Below, one piece after another: positions 25,473 through 39,004 of a DNA stretch of 64,000 nt. Source of the stretch: Mobula hypostoma (Eukaryota). Under the pieces are notes generated by a model. That model was not told where the DNA came from and searched no databases. It was given only the letters and a program-made list of their open reading frames with translations. Positions within the stretch are counted from its first letter, which is position 1. Every line of letters starts with the position of its first letter. The stretch lies in contig NC_086108.1 in assembly GCF_963921235.1 (NCBI RefSeq), forward strand, positions 100,008,001-100,072,000, written 5' to 3'. The position numbers and the translations under genes are program-made.

Positions 25473-25762
25473 GGCGGCACAGTAGCATAGTGGTTAGGAC
25501 AGCACTTTACAGTACAGACAACCTGGGTTCAATTCCAGCCGCTGCCTGTCAGGAGTTTATACGTTCTCCCCTTGACTGCGTGGGTTTCCTCCAGGTATTC
25601 TGTGTTCCTCCCACAGTACAAAGACGTACTTAATTGTAAATTGATTGCTCATTGTGAATTGTCTTGTGATTAGGCTTGGATTAAATTGGGGGATTGCTGT
25701 GAGGCACGGCTCGAAGGTCTGGAAGGGCCTATTCCGCATTGTATCTCCATAAGTAAATAATA
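25473..25762 (+). mobile_element. V-domain tRNA SINE
   Basis: A box tagcatagtgg, B box ggttcaattcc, tgggtttcctccagg..., aataaa tail. Confidence 0.8.
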
Positions 25763-25829
25763 TTGGCTGATTATTCCCAATTATTTCAACCTACCATAGT
25801 GGGAAGTGAGTTTGAACTCCACGAGGCCA

Positions 25830-26085
25830 CAAGACATGAGAATAGAATTAGGCCATTCAGCCAATGTGGTCTACTCCACCATTCAATCATGGCTGATTTA
25901 TTATCCCTTTGTGCCCCTTTCTCCTACCTTCTTCCCTTTGATGCCCTTATCAATCAAGACCCTATCAACCTCTGCTTTAAGTATACCTAAAAACTTGACC
26001 TCCACAGCTGTCTGTGGCAATGAATTTCACAATGAATTTCACAAATTCACTACCCCAGTCTAAAGAAATTCCTCTTCGTTTCTGT
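25830..26085 (-). mobile_element. CR1 3' end
   Basis: agaattaggccattcagcc...gacctccacagctgtctgtggcaatgaatt, as in other CR1 tails. Confidence 0.75.
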
Positions 26086-26669
26086 TTCCTGAATAATTTG
26101 TCTAGTTCTCTGAATTCCTTGCTTAATGATACAGATACCATGCTGCCATGCTACAGTAATGGTACTTAGAATTTTAAGTTTGAAGAGCTTAAAGAATAGA
26201 CTAGAGAAATAGTTAACGCCACAGTTACTGATTACCAAGCATGTTACACATCACAGTATGAAAAATTCAGCCTCTGAAGCATTGTCACCTCCAAGTCATC
26301 AAATAACCTTTTATACATTGAAATGACATCTCAGTCCCATGTACAGCCCCTAAGGACCACTGTCTGAATGCTAATGTTTCCAGGATATTATTAACACATA
26401 TATTCTATATGTAACACTTGTAGGGTGGTAAAGAGAAATCAAAGACAAAAGAAAAATCAGTATTCAGTGTTGTTAAACAGATGAAAACAACATCCTAAGC
26501 ATTGATTTCTCCCGCTCTAGTCTGACCCATCACAAGAAGACAGATATCATAAAGATAAATTACAAATGAGAGAAGCCATTCGACCCATATCGTTGAGTGG
26601 GACATTAAACCGTTAAAACTTTTCAGAAATAAAGTCTTCCTTTTTGTTGAAAAACATTAGTATATGCTA

Positions 26670-27530
26670 ATTGGTTTATTATGGTCAAGATACAGTGAAA
26701 AAATTTTGGTTTGAGTGCTATCAATGCAGATAATTTCAAAACACAAGTACATTGAGGTGTACTGTAGGGTAATGTAATGGGTGGAAATGTGCATCACCCA
26801 CAGCCACCGACATTGAGTTGGGATTCACCTTAAGAGGTTGGTCTGACGTGATGATGTAATTATGTGGTTTCTGCCGCACTTTCAGTTGCTGTGTTTGGAG
26901 GACAATAAATTATAAAACACCTCGCCATTTTATTTGCAAAAACCTACAATACAAAGGGCAAAGCAATATCAGAATGTAGGATGTAGTGTCAGAGCTACAG
27001 AGAAAGTGCAGTTCAGATAGACAGTAAAGTGCAGTGGCCATGATGAGATAGATTTTAAGGACAGAAGTTCATCTTTGTCATACAAGAGGTCCATAGAACT
27101 GTATAACAGCAGCACAGAAGGCGTTTTTGAATCTGGTTGCTCACGTTCTCAAGTTTTTGTATCTTCTGTCCTCCAGAAACAGCAAGAAAAGAGGATGCCT
27201 GGGCGGGGAGGGGGCCTTTGATTAATTTGACTGCTTTCCCAAGAGAGCGACAAGTGCAGGTAGAGTTCATGGAGAGGAGGATGATTTTCATTATTGACTG
27301 AGGTGTATCCACAGCTCTCTGAACATCTTGACGTCCTGGGCAGAGCATTTGCCATTCTAATCTGTGATATATCTGAATAGGATGCTTTTTATAGTGCATC
27401 TACAAAAATCGGTGAGGGTCAACAGGCACATGCCATATTTCCCTAGCCATCTGAGGAAGTAGAGGTGCTGGTGTCCTTTCTTGACCATAGCATCTTCGTG
27501 GTTGGACCAGGATAAGTTATTGGTGATGAC
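26670..27530 (-). mobile_element. Rex1/Babar-like LINE 3' fragment
   Basis: LSWSNH...KKGHQHLYFLRWLGKYGM...FCRCTIKSIL. Confidence 0.8.
26763..26948 (+). mobile_element. Small solo LTR (186 bp) nested in the Rex1 tail
   Basis: TGTAGG...CCTACA termini, internal aataaa, 4-bp flanks gtac/atac. Confidence 0.7.
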
Positions 27531-28024
27531 GTCAGTTATTCCCACTGAACTAGACAATATTTATCCCTCACAACTTTGTCAAAGGATTGGCTATCCAGTA
27601 GTTACTGTTAGGAATCCAACACATTGCTCTGAAAATTTTTCAACATCAAGACCTGTCTTATTGTAATAGTACAGCTTCTGATGAAATGGCAGAGTATGTG
27701 TGTGGTTAAGGGCTACATTTTTGTACAGTGTGGAGCATGTGTATAAGCTAGAGTTGTATGTGTGCATACTAATGTTGCATTTGTGTATGCCCTCTTTTCA
27801 TTACTACCATCAGGGACGACGTACAGAAGCCTAAAAATTCACACTTAAAGTTTAAGAACAAATTCTTCACCCCCATCATCAGATTTCAGAGCAGTTCATG
27901 ACCCCATGAATGCTAGTTGTTCTTCCTTTCTCTTACACTATTTATTTATTGTCTGTAATTTATAGATTTTTATGTATTTGCACTGTACTGTGTCACCAAA
28001 CAACAAAGTTCACGTCTGTGATAA

Positions 28025-28291
28025 TCGTTGACATGGACAGTCCCAAGCCTAGCTGCGAAAGAAGGCTTCGGCGTCGGGCTAGCAATCCCAACCCACCAAA
28101 ACCCAGAGCTACAGAAATGCCAACAAAAGCTCCTAAGACCTCATTCCTGGGAGAGGAATGATCTTCACCTAGAAGCTGTATGAAGTCATGAGGTGAAAGC
28201 AGAAGCCACAGGACCCATCAATCTTCTAACAGCCCAGGACAGAGGAATCTGGCGAGCTGCTGTTGGTGGCTTTAGAAGAAGAAGAAGAAGA
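28025..28291 (+). mobile_element. Short bipartite RTE-derived element in a Rex1-like tail (27790-28325)
   Basis: gggctagcaatcccaaccc..aaaa 5' motif joined to AQDRGIWRAAVGG 3' end and (GAA)n tail; approximate TSD acgtctgtgataa/acgtcagttataa. Confidence 0.7.
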
Positions 28292-29244
28292 ACGTCAGTT
28301 ATAAACAATTTGATTCTGATTCTGAATAAAAAAAAGTATGATTTGTGTGGGATTAATGTAAAATGGCGGTTGCTATTTGATACTGGCTGGCCCATTTCCT
28401 TGCTGATCCCTCTGTGGCTCTATGACGTAACGTTGTTGGAGGTTAGGAATATGAATATTGTTTCATGGTGCACACTGTGGTGTGTTTAAACACTGAATTA
28501 TTTTGATCCCTCAGTCAGAGCTCAGTGCAACACCACAGTGTTTTTGCAGTCACTTTGAATGAAATGCATCAGAATAGTTTTATGGAGAAAAACATAGGGG
28601 AGATATCAGAGGTAGGTTTCTTACACAGAGAGTGGTGGGTGCCTGGAGCCCAGGGGTGATGGTAGAGGCAGATGCATTAGGGGCATTAGAAAAATAGAGG
28701 ACTATGTAAGAGGGAACGGTTAGACTGATCTTAGAGAAGAATAAAAGGGTGGCACACTATGGTAGGTCGAAGGGCCCGTACTGTGCTGTAATATTCTATG
28801 TTCCATATTCTATTCCTTTTCAGCATATTATAAGGCCTAATCGACAATTTTCCATGCCCTCTGAAAATTTCAAAAAGTTGTTCCAGAGCTCTGAAAAATA
28901 AATGAATGTGAAAACATTTGCGGTATTTTCTTGAAACTTTGACTTCAAATGAACACAGAAGTGAAATATTGAGAGCCAGATCACCAAATTTCCGCACACT
29001 GAACTGACTTCTAGGCTTCCTCACCAGCAGACCGCGGGCAGTTCAAATTGTTCATAACATTTCATCTACCCTGACCCTCAGCGCCGTTTCTCCCCAGGGC
29101 TGAGGGCTCAGCCCTTTGCTCCTGAGTGGCCAGTCACTGTACCAAATCAATCTTTAAACTTGTCAATGATAACACTATTGTTGGCCGGAGAAGGAAGTGT
29201 GAGGGTGAACAGGAACCTATCCTCATCAGCTGAGGTGCGGTAGA

Positions 29245-29740
29245 GATAGAACATAGAACATTATAGCGCAGTAGAGGCTCTTCGGCCCTCAGTGTTGTGC
29301 TGACCTATTAACCTACTCGAAGATCAATCTGACCCTTCCCTCCTACATAACCCTCTATTTTTCTGTCATCCATGTACCTATTGAAGAGTCCCTAGCGTAT
29401 CTGCCTCTGTCACCACCCCTGGCAGCACATTCCACGCACCCACTAGTTAAAAAAGAACTACCTTTGACATCGCCCCCAATACTTTCCTCCAATCACCTTA
29501 AAATTTTTCCCCTTCTTGTCAGCCACTTCCATCCTGGGGAAAAAGTCTCTGGCTGTCCACTCAATCTATGCCTTGTATCTTGTGCACCTCTATTCTTATG
29601 AAGGGGAACATAAGGGAGATGTCAGTGGTAGGGGATGGTGGATGTGTGGAACCCACCATTGTCTGTGTCTATGAAGTCACTTCTCATCTTCTCTCACTCC
29701 AAAGAGAAAAGGCAGAGTTTGCTCAACCAATTCCCATAAG
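29245..29740 (-). mobile_element. CR1 3' fragment
   Basis: catagaacatagaa tail; antisense of GLFSLE and GIDxVDSQRLFP. Confidence 0.75.
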
Positions 29741-30228
29741 ACAGCCTCACGTTCCTCGGCTCTCATATCACCAGCAGCCTCTTCTGCTCACTTCACACTG
29801 ATCCTGTGATCGAGAAAGTGCATCAGTGTATGCACCATATTGGGCGTCTGAGAAGAAACGGGCTGCACACTTGGATTCTCTCATACTTCTACACATGGAC
29901 CACAAAAAGTATGCTAATGGCTTGCATCTCAGCCTGGTATGGCAACTTCTCTGTCTGGACCATTAGAACCTGCAAAGAGTGGTAAAAACCATTCAGTCCA
30001 TCAGAGGCTTGTTACTACCTTTCATCCAGTCCATCTTCACACCGCATTACTTCTGGAAGGCTAACAGTTTCGTTAAAAATGACAGCCACCCTGACCATTC
30101 CCTTCTCTCTCTTCTACCTTCTGGGAAAAGGAATTTGAAACCTGGGCATTCAAAATTCAAAGTTCAAAGTAAATTTATTATCAAAGTACATAAATGTCAC
30201 CATATATGTGCTACCATATACGTGTGTG

Positions 30229-30530
30229 TTGGCACGTGGCCAAGTGGTTAAGGCGTTCGTCTAGTGATCTGAAGGTCCCTAGTTCGAGCCTTGGCTGAGG
30301 CAGCGTGTTGTGTCCTTGAGCAAGGCACTTAACCACACATTGCTCTGCAATGACACCGGTGCCAAGCTGTGGTCCTAATGCCCTTCCCTTGGACAATATC
30401 GGTGGCATGGAGAGGGGAGACTTGCAGCATGGGCAACTGCTGGTCTTCCATACAACCTTGCCCAGGCCTGCACCCTGGAAACCTTCCAAGGCGCAAATCC
30501 ATGGTCTCATAAGACTAACGGATGCCTAAA
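30229..30530 (+). mobile_element. tRNA-derived SINE with RTE-related body
   Basis: A box tggccaagtgg, B box gttcgagcc, gtgtccttgagcaaggcacttaacc core; atacgtg on both sides; nested in a Rex1 tail (30150-31020, -). Confidence 0.85.
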
Positions 30531-31544
30531 ATACGTGCTACCTTGAGATTCCCTTTCTTGCAGCCATTTACAGGTAAATAAAGAAATACAAAATAATTTA
30601 TGAAAAGCTATAAATAGCAAAGACTGACAAACAACCAATGTGCAAAAGACAATTAAAAAATAATAAAATAATTCAAAAGTAGATAAATAACACTGACGAC
30701 ATGAGCTGTAGACTCCTTAAAGTGAGTCTGTAGGTTGTAGAGTCAGTTCATTATTGAGGTGAGTCAAGTTATCCATCAGGAGTCTGATGGTTGAAGGGTA
30801 ATAACTATTCCTGAGCCTGGTGGTGTGGGACCTAAGACTCCTGTACTTCATGTCCGATGGTAGTAGTGAAAAGACAGCATGGCTTGGATGGTGTGGTTCT
30901 TGATGAAGGATGCTGCTTTTTTGTGGCAACACTTCTTGTAGATGTGCTCAACGGGGCGGGGGATTTCCCTGTGATGGGCTGGGCTGCATTCACCACTCCA
31001 TGTCGACTTTTCAGACCTGAGAGCAGTCTGAACCAATCTTTGGTTTCATGTCCCCTTCCCAGAGGTGCTGCCTTGTTGACTGATTCTTAACTCCTCCTCT
31101 CTTAGTTATTCCGTTATTGTCACTTTGGTCTGTCTTTTCTCACTACATTTTCCACGACAATCCTTGCACCATTCTGGTGTCTCTTGCTCATTGATCTATT
31201 TATTGCTGTGTGGACAGTGTTGTAATCAGGTACACTCTTCACTCAGTGAGCTTCATGTAAGTACAGAGTTTCATTGCACCCTGGTGAATCAGACAATGAG
31301 GTAAACTGAATCTGAAGCATCGTTTTTCTGAGGTTTACCCAACTGTAGATGAGTCATGGAAAAGGCAAAGCCTCGTGCCCAACAGGAACAAAACGGGGGC
31401 CAACCCGTCACTCCAACTGTAAGCAAATAATTACAGCTAGACAACAGCCAAAACTATGCACACCCTAAACACCATGTACCAACCATCAGCTTTAACTAAA
31501 CTCTGGAGCAAGGTAGTGCAGGAGAAGACACATATATGCCTACG

Positions 31545-31885
31545 TCTGCTCTCTCTTTCTTTCTTTTTCTCTCTCTCTCTCTCTCTTACCCCTCCACTCT
31601 CTCTCCTTTCCTCCTCCTTTCTCCCTCTCTCAATTACACATTCTCTCCCTCCCTCTCTCTCTCTCAGATACCCCATCTCTCTCTCTCCTTCCCTCTGTCT
31701 CGCTCTGTCTCTCCTTCCACTATCTCACATGCACTCTTTCTCTCTCTCTCTCACACACACACTCCATCTCTCTCTCTTCCTCTCACTTGCACTCTCTCTT
31801 CATCTCTTTCTCTCTCCCTCCCCCTCTCTTTCTTTCTCTCTGTCTATCTGTCTGTCTCTCTCTCCCCACCCTCTCTCACACACGT
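31545..31885. repeat. Degenerate (CT)n polypyrimidine tract
   Basis: ~340 bp almost entirely C/T. Confidence 0.95.
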
Positions 31886-32867
31886 ATACATGCAGCAACA
31901 TGTTACTTAAAAACACACAGATACCGAGACAGACACACATATGGGCATATGCACAAACATGCAGTAGCTTGCCATTAACAGGCTGAGACACTAAAGGGTG
32001 CCCAGCACTTTTTACTTTGCACACTTTTGGTCAAAAGACAGATCTGAGTAATTTATTTCCATAATGAGCCATGGTTCATTAATCAATATAATTTATAATT
32101 GAATCAGATGGATGTAACTCTCTGCAAAATTGTCTCTGAAGAATCTGCTTGTCTTATCCACTCACCTGCTGAGGGTTTTTGAACTGGAGCAAATAAAAGG
32201 GTTAGCATTTCTCTTTATTACAGTATTGGGGTTTGCAGAAGGGGCAACACACATGGGAAAGGAGCAGTAGCAAGGGACATCAGAATCCTATTGCCAACGC
32301 ATAAAGTATACGTCAGTCAATCTAAGCATAACTAATACTGGTTGCATTGGGAACGCTGAGCCTTGATAGCAAATTACCGATGGGAAAGTCAAAATCATCT
32401 GAAGAAAAATCGACGGCATTGAAAATTGTGGCAGGAACAGAGCAACCAATTTAAGCAGAGGGACTTGTCTCTGCTAGGACATGTTCTTCATGATCAGGGT
32501 GTTGCAATTAACTGTAGTTTGCTTTCTGCTGTGTCAGGCGGGGGCTGCATTTGGTGGAACGTTACTATAGCAGTTGGCGTAATGCACCAGCGACCAGCAA
32601 CTTGGCCTCAGTTCCTGTTGCTTTCTGTAAGGAACTAGTATGATATATGTGACTGTGTGGGATTCCTCTGGGGGCTCTGGTTTCCTCCTACATTTAAAGA
32701 TATACGGTTAGGGTTATGGTTAGGGAGTTGTGTGCATGCTATGTTAGCAGCGCAAGCATGGGGACACTTGTGGGCCGTATATCAATGAATGCATGCAGCC
32801 TTTTGTACATGGATGTATGTGTAACAGTGCATGGGAGCAGTCTTGCACACATTTATTTGTGTACATG

Positions 32868-32980
32868 CATGTGTGTGTGTGTGTGTGTGTGTGCCCAGTA
32901 TGTGTGCTTATGCAGATTGTGCTTCTGTTGCTGCATGTGCAATATGCGTGTGTGTTTGTTTGAAGTGTATGTGTGTGTGG
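32868..32980. repeat. (GT)n microsatellite, partly degenerate, within a SINE (32610-33160)
   Basis: gtgtgtgtgt run and decayed copies. Confidence 0.85.
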
Positions 32981-33489
32981 GAGGGAGGAACAGGGCTTGT
33001 GTTGATTGTTACTGGTTGTTGCTTGTTGTCTCCTATGTTGTTCTGCTAAGCGTTGTGGGGATGCTCTGTTGGCACCGCAATGTGTGGGTGATACTTGTGT
33101 TAGCTGTTAACACAAACAAAGCATTTCACTGTACATCTGACGTATAAAGTTGAACCTTGAAGAGCGTTTGTCTCTGCTTGGGGCCCTATGAGCTCTGAGT
33201 ATCTCCGCACACAGGTGAGCTATGACTACCTGTTTGATGGGCCACCGAATCCCAGATACCTGAAGCCTGAGACCACAGCAAAGAGAATAGGAACCTCCGG
33301 GGAGTGACTGCTGCCAGCCACCGGGGAACAATATGAACAGGAGTGGAAACTCTGTTAGTTGATAACCTTTCCTTCCTACTTCTCAAAAGGAATCAATCAA
33401 GGAAGAATGCTCTCAATCACCAGTGATACCAGCCAGCAGAGATCATTCAGCTATCTGGTTGGCTGGGATATGACGGAGACCAGCGTGAC

Positions 33490-33640
33490 AGTCAACCAAT
33501 CAGAACAACGAGGCGGACTAATGTAAATGCGACCACTCAGCAGAAACAACACTCAGTTGTGCACTGACGGTGCCTCCTTGACTGGTGACTAAACATTTGT
33601 GGCCTAACCTCTAGGCTCGGCAAACAACCCGACAAACAAG
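33490..33640 (+). mobile_element. Remnant of a second Penelope-like pLTR family
   Basis: ccaatcag, TATA-like taaat, then ctgacggtgcctccttgactggtgactaaacattt (degenerate CUGANGA...GAAAC). Confidence 0.45.
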
Positions 33641-34140
33641 AAATCATTAATTTATAACTTCACTGCCGTAGGCTTTGCCACCACAGTTACTATGCCATCA
33701 ACAAATGGAGGAGAGAGGAAATCACTTCCCCAATGGTCATCAGACCAGGGATAATTCACCCATGATAGTGCACTGAGTCTGCCCCTCATCCTTTCATTTC
33801 TTTGCTTCAATTGCACAACAGCCACAGTTTCAATGGAAAGGAAGGAGGAGCGAATACCACAAAGGATTGCGGTTATCAGTCTTCATTCTCTCAATTGCTA
33901 GACACGTACCTGATATCGAGAGTCTCTTTAACATCATCACCATTTATAGGCTGATTGCATTATTGGATTACTGTTCTACTGAGGCTTCTGGAATTCATTT
34001 CATGCTTGCTTCAGTTTCTCTAGTTCATAAGTTTGGATTGGTTGTGCCAACTTGCACATGTTGCTTCGAAGGAATTCATAAGTAACTTACTCTACTACCC
34101 CTCAGTGTGAGGCAAATACAGAATGTGGAATGCACATGTA

Positions 34141-34627
34141 TGAGGGGTGATTGATAGGTTTGTGGCTTAAGGTAGAAGGAGTCAATTTTAGAAAACCTAG
34201 CACATTTATTTTTCAGCATAGTCCCCTCCTACATTTACACACTTAGTCCAGCGGTCGTGGAGCATATGGATCCTTTCTTTGTAGAAGTGGTCCACAGCAG
34301 AGGTGATTGATAAGTTTCTGGCCTAAGGTAGAAGGAAATGAGTTATACAGCTCTTGTTACATCACGTGCAGTTCAGCTCCGGGTGAAAATGCAGAAAGTT
34401 TGAAGTTAATAACTTATTTCCTTCTACCTTAGGCCACAAACTTATCAATCACCCCTGCTGTGGACCACTTTCTGGAGGTCCACCAAGACACTGACTTCTA
34501 CAAAGAAGGGATCCGTATGCTCCACGACCGCTGGACTAAGTGTGTAGATGTAGGAAAAATAAATGTGCTAGGTTTTCTAAAACTGACTCCTTCTACCTTA
34601 GGCCACAAACTTATCAGTCACCCCTCG
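34141..34627. mobile_element. Palindromic mariner-derived MITE
   Basis: TA-(c/t)gaggggtgattgata...tatcagtcacccctcg-TA; both arms contain a transposase C-terminus (DFYKEGIRMLHDRWTKCVDV). Confidence 0.88.
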
Positions 34628-34864
34628 TATGTAGAAATATAGAATGTGGAATACAGAATGCACATAGTGGTTGGTTAAAAATCATCCAAAATGAGAACCT
34701 ACAGGTGGTTAGATGTTAATTTACAGAGTGGCTGCCACATTTTGTTGAGTGTGCAGTATACTGTAGATTCAACCAAACTTCTCTCCTGATTATCCTCTTG
34801 TAGATGCTATTTGGAGCTTTATGTTACTTCCTTCATTCTAAAGGATCATGCTCTACAAAGTACA

Positions 34865-35225
34865 GATTCTTACTCCTTTTCTTCCATTCACTCTCCACCA
34901 TTCCTACACTATTATTTTCTTCATCTCTCTTTTCTCCTCTCTTCTCCCCTATTGCTTTCACTTCCCTTCTCCCCATCTCCCCTCACTGTCTTCCCTTTCT
35001 CCTCTCATCTGTTCTTTTCTCTTCTCCTCTACCATTCTCCTGTCACTGTCTTCCTCTCTCTTCCCCTCAGCTCCTTTTCTCTTCTCTCCATTTCTCCCCT
35101 CCATTCTTCCTCTCTTCCCCTCCCTCCCCTCTCCCTTCCCTTGCTCTCTCCTCTCTCTGCTTGAAGGTATCACCACCAGGTCCTTCTCAAGCAAGGGCTC
35201 CCTTCCTTTCTCTTCCTCCATTAAG
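34865..35225. repeat. Polypyrimidine low-complexity tract
   Basis: C/T-rich, (cttct/ctccc)-like. Confidence 0.9.
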
Positions 35226-35859
35226 GGATTTCCAGCAGCCTCTTTTCCATTTCAACCAACTTCACAAAAGCAGGCAGTCTATAATCTCATTGGTATTTGT
35301 GGTGTCTGTTAGCTTCCTCCTTCCTCTTTCACAAGAGTGATAATCCACCAGAAGCAACATTTACTTCACTTTTGAGGCTGGATGGTCAATGGAAAAGACT
35401 ATTTATTTCCTGCCCATAAATAGCCTGACCTGTTGCAGATCTTTTGCTGCTGAAGAGCATGGAGTTTCAGGATATAGACACAAGGGCAATGAAGCAAAGG
35501 TGATATATTTCTCAGACAGGATAGATAGTGACTCAGAGGGGATCCCACAAGGTGATGGTCTTCCCCTGGGCCTGTTGTCTTTGTCAACTTTTTTCCTATT
35601 TTTTTTCCTTTTCTAAAGGAAACTTATTTAGTGATATACAATACTACAATATTCCACGATTCATGCTATTTACCGTCAATAGTTTCAACCTATATCATAG
35701 TCACCTCCATCCAGAATGCACCTCAACTTCTGTGGTGCCCTCTGGTCCTCCATTGAGCCTCAGCCCTTCTTGGTATTGGAGATCAATATTGGGGACCAGT
35801 CACCTGCCTAAAGGGAAGATACCAATGAGATTGAAAGAGTACTGAGAAACTTTACAACA

Positions 35860-37410
35860 ATGTTGCCATTTACTAGCATGGTTAGATCATTGGCTGATTG
35901 GTAGGAGGCAATGAGTGGAATAAAATGATCCTTTACTGGTTGGCTGCCAGTGACTAGTGGTGTTCCACAGGGGTCGGTGTTGGATGATTTCTTCTTATGC
36001 TGTATTTGTATGATTTAGATGATGGAATAGATGGCTTTGTTTCCAAGTTTGCAGATGATACGAAGATTGGTGAAGGAGCAGGTAGTGTTGAGGAAACAGG
36101 TAGGATGCAGAAGGACTTAGACAGATTAGGAGAATGGGCAAGAAAGTGGCAAATGAAATGCAACATTGGAAAATGCATGGGTCATGCACTTTTGTAGTCA
36201 AAATAAATGTGCGGACTATTTTCAAAACGGGGAGAAAATCCAGGAATCTGAGACGCAGATTGACTTGGGAGTCCTTGTGCAGAACACCCTGACAATTAAC
36301 TTGCAGGTTGAGTCGGTGGGGAGGAAGGCAAATGCCATGTTCGTATTCATTTCAAGAGGTCTAGAATACAAGAGCAAGGATGTGATGCTGAGGCTTTATA
36401 AGGCACTGGTGAGGACTCACCTTGAGTATTGTGAATAGTTTTGGGCCCCTCATCTTAGAAAAGATGTGCTGGCATTGGAGAGGGTCCAGAGGAGGTTCAC
36501 AAGGATGATTCCAGGAATGAAAGGGTTATCATACGAAGTACGTTTGATGACTCTGGGTCTGTGCTCGCTGGAATTCAGAAGGAATGGGGGGATATCACTG
36601 AAACCTTTTGAATGTTGAAAGGCCTAGACAGAGAAGATGTGGAAAAGATGTTTCCCATGGTGGAAGAGTCTAGGACAAGAGGGCATAGCCTCAGGACAGA
36701 GGGGCGCTCTTTCAAAACAGTGATGCGGAGAAATTTCTTTCGCGAAAGGGTGGTAAATTTGTGGAATTTGTTGCAACCTGCAGCTGTGGAGGCTAGGTCA
36801 TTGGGTGTATTTAAGGCAGAGATTGATAGGTTCTTGATTGGACATGACATCAAAGGTTACGGGGAGAAGGCCGGTAACTGGGGTTGAGGAGGAGATAGAA
36901 AAAAAGCATCAGCCATGATTGAATGGCGGAGCAGACTCGGTGGGCCAGGTGGCCTAATTCTGCTCCTATGTCTTACGGTCTTATGGACCTATGGACTTCA
37001 GTTATAGGGAGAAGTTGAATAGGTTAGAACTGCATTTCCTGTAGTGTAGGAGAATGAGGGGAAATCTGACAGGAGATATGAGGCCTATAGATCGAGTAAA
37101 CACAAGCGGGTTTTTTCCGCTAAGATTGGGTGAGTCATGGGTTAAGGGTGAAAGGTGAAATGCTTAAAGGGAACCTGAGGAGGAACGTCTTCACTCAGAG
37201 GGTGTTGCGAGTGTGAAATGATTTGCCAGCAGAAGTGGTGGATGTGGCTTTGATTTCAACTTTTAAGAGAAGTTCAGATGTCCATAGAAGGGAGGGGTAT
37301 TGAGCCCTATGGTCCAGATGTGTGTCAATAGGACTAGGCAGAATGAGAATGCAGAATGGACTAGAGGACTGAAGGGCCTGTTTTTTGTGCTGTAATACTC
37401 TATGACATTT
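35860..37410 (+). mobile_element. Two consecutive CR1 RT/3' fragments (35860-36987, 36990-37410)
   Basis: SKFADDTKIG; LYKALVRTHLEYC; TRGHSLRTEG. Confidence 0.88.
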
Positions 37411-38754
37411 TAAGTCTATAACTCTGGCACCCAGATAATTAGAAGGGTCAGGTCAAGAGCATGGGGTCAGAGAGAGGTGAAAGACCAGAGACTTAGGAAG
37501 ATGATGATGAAAGTCCAGGTGAATGGTGAGATGCAGCAGGGAAGATGGAATGAACGTCTACAGGGTGATGGGGTTCAAATCAAGTAGAGACACAACTGAC
37601 TGCAGATACTGTGACCTGGAGTAAAGAATGTACTGCAGGAGGAACTGAATGAGTCAAGCAGCATCTGTGGAGGAAAGAAAGTTTTTGACCTTGAAATAGG
37701 GTCTCAAGCTAAAACATCGGCAATTTCTCCGCAACCCCTCCACCTCCCCCCCCCCCCCCCCAATCCACTACACATTTGCCATTCAATCTGTTGTTCTTTG
37801 CATTGGCTGCTTTTCCTAGGAAAGCAAACTAAATAGTAGATGCTGGAATTCTGAAACCAGAACAGAAATATTAGAAGAACTCAGCCAGTCAGGCAGCATC
37901 CGTGGAAAGAGTCAACATTTTGGCTCAGTGGCCATTCCTCAGAACTGGGGGAGAAATGGAGGGCTTACAGTCTTCAAAGTGGAGGTGGGGGAAGGGGTGA
38001 GGTGGAAAACAAAAGACCTTATGGAGATAGGTAATAAGGGGCATGTGTACTGATGGAAGATAGAGGAAACAGTGTGAAAAAGGTCATAGAATCATAGACA
38101 ATACAGCCAGGAAAAGGACTTTTAACCTCACTCATCCATGTCGATAGGACCATAATGCATAGGAGCAGAATTAGGCCATTCAGCCGATCGGGTCTGCCCC
38201 ACCATTTCATCATGGCTGATTTATTATCCCTCTCAACCTCATTCTCCTGCCTTCTCCCCATCACCTTTCATACTCTGACTAATCAAGAACCTATAAACCT
38301 CCCCCTTCAATACACCCAATGACCTAGCCACCTGTTGACCAAGATGCCCAACCTACTTGCCCATGTTTGGCCCTATTCCTTCAAAGCTTTACTATCCATG
38401 CACCTGTCCAAGAGTTTATTGAATGTGATTATTGTATCTGCTTCTACCTCTTCCTATGGCAGCTCGTCCCATACAAAAACCACCCAGAAATCAGAATCAG
38501 AATCAGGTTTAATATCACCGGCATATGTCGTTAGCTGCAGCAGTACCATGCAATACACGATAATATTAAAAAAGTAAACCAATTACAGTAAGCATTTATA
38601 TATGTATATTAAATAGATAAATTAAAAATAGTGCAGAAACAGAAATAATAAAAAGTGAGCAACAGGAATTCTGCAGATGCTGGAAATTCAAGCAACACAC
38701 ATCAAAGTTGCTGGTGAACGCAGCAGGCCAAGCAGCATCTATAGGAAGAGGCGC

Positions 38755-38790
38755 AGTCGACGTTTCAGGCCGAGACCCTTCGTCAGGACT
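38755..38790 (-). ncRNA. Minimal type I hammerhead ribozyme motif
   Basis: Exact reverse complement of 39983-40018. Confidence 0.8.
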
Positions 38791-39004
38791 AACTGAAGGA
38801 AGAGTGAGTAAGGGATTTGAAAGTTGGAGGGGGAGGGGGAGATCCAAAATGATAGGAGAAGACAGGAGGGGGAGGGATGGAGCCGAGAGCTGGACAGGTG
38901 ATAGGCAAAAGGGATATGAGAGGATCATGGGACAGGAGGCCCAGGGAGAAAGACGGGGGGGGGGTGACCCAGAGGATGGGCAAGAGGTATATTCAGAGGG
39001 ACAG

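Noticed and set aside
30229..30302. tRNA genes (also 49275-49350, 54358-54432, 57370-57447)
   Set aside because: A/B boxes run on into SINE bodies with tails and TSDs; these are SINE heads
31437..32024. Long S/L-rich and R/E-rich ORFs (also 34804-35340)
   Set aside because: Artefacts of stop-poor CT tracts
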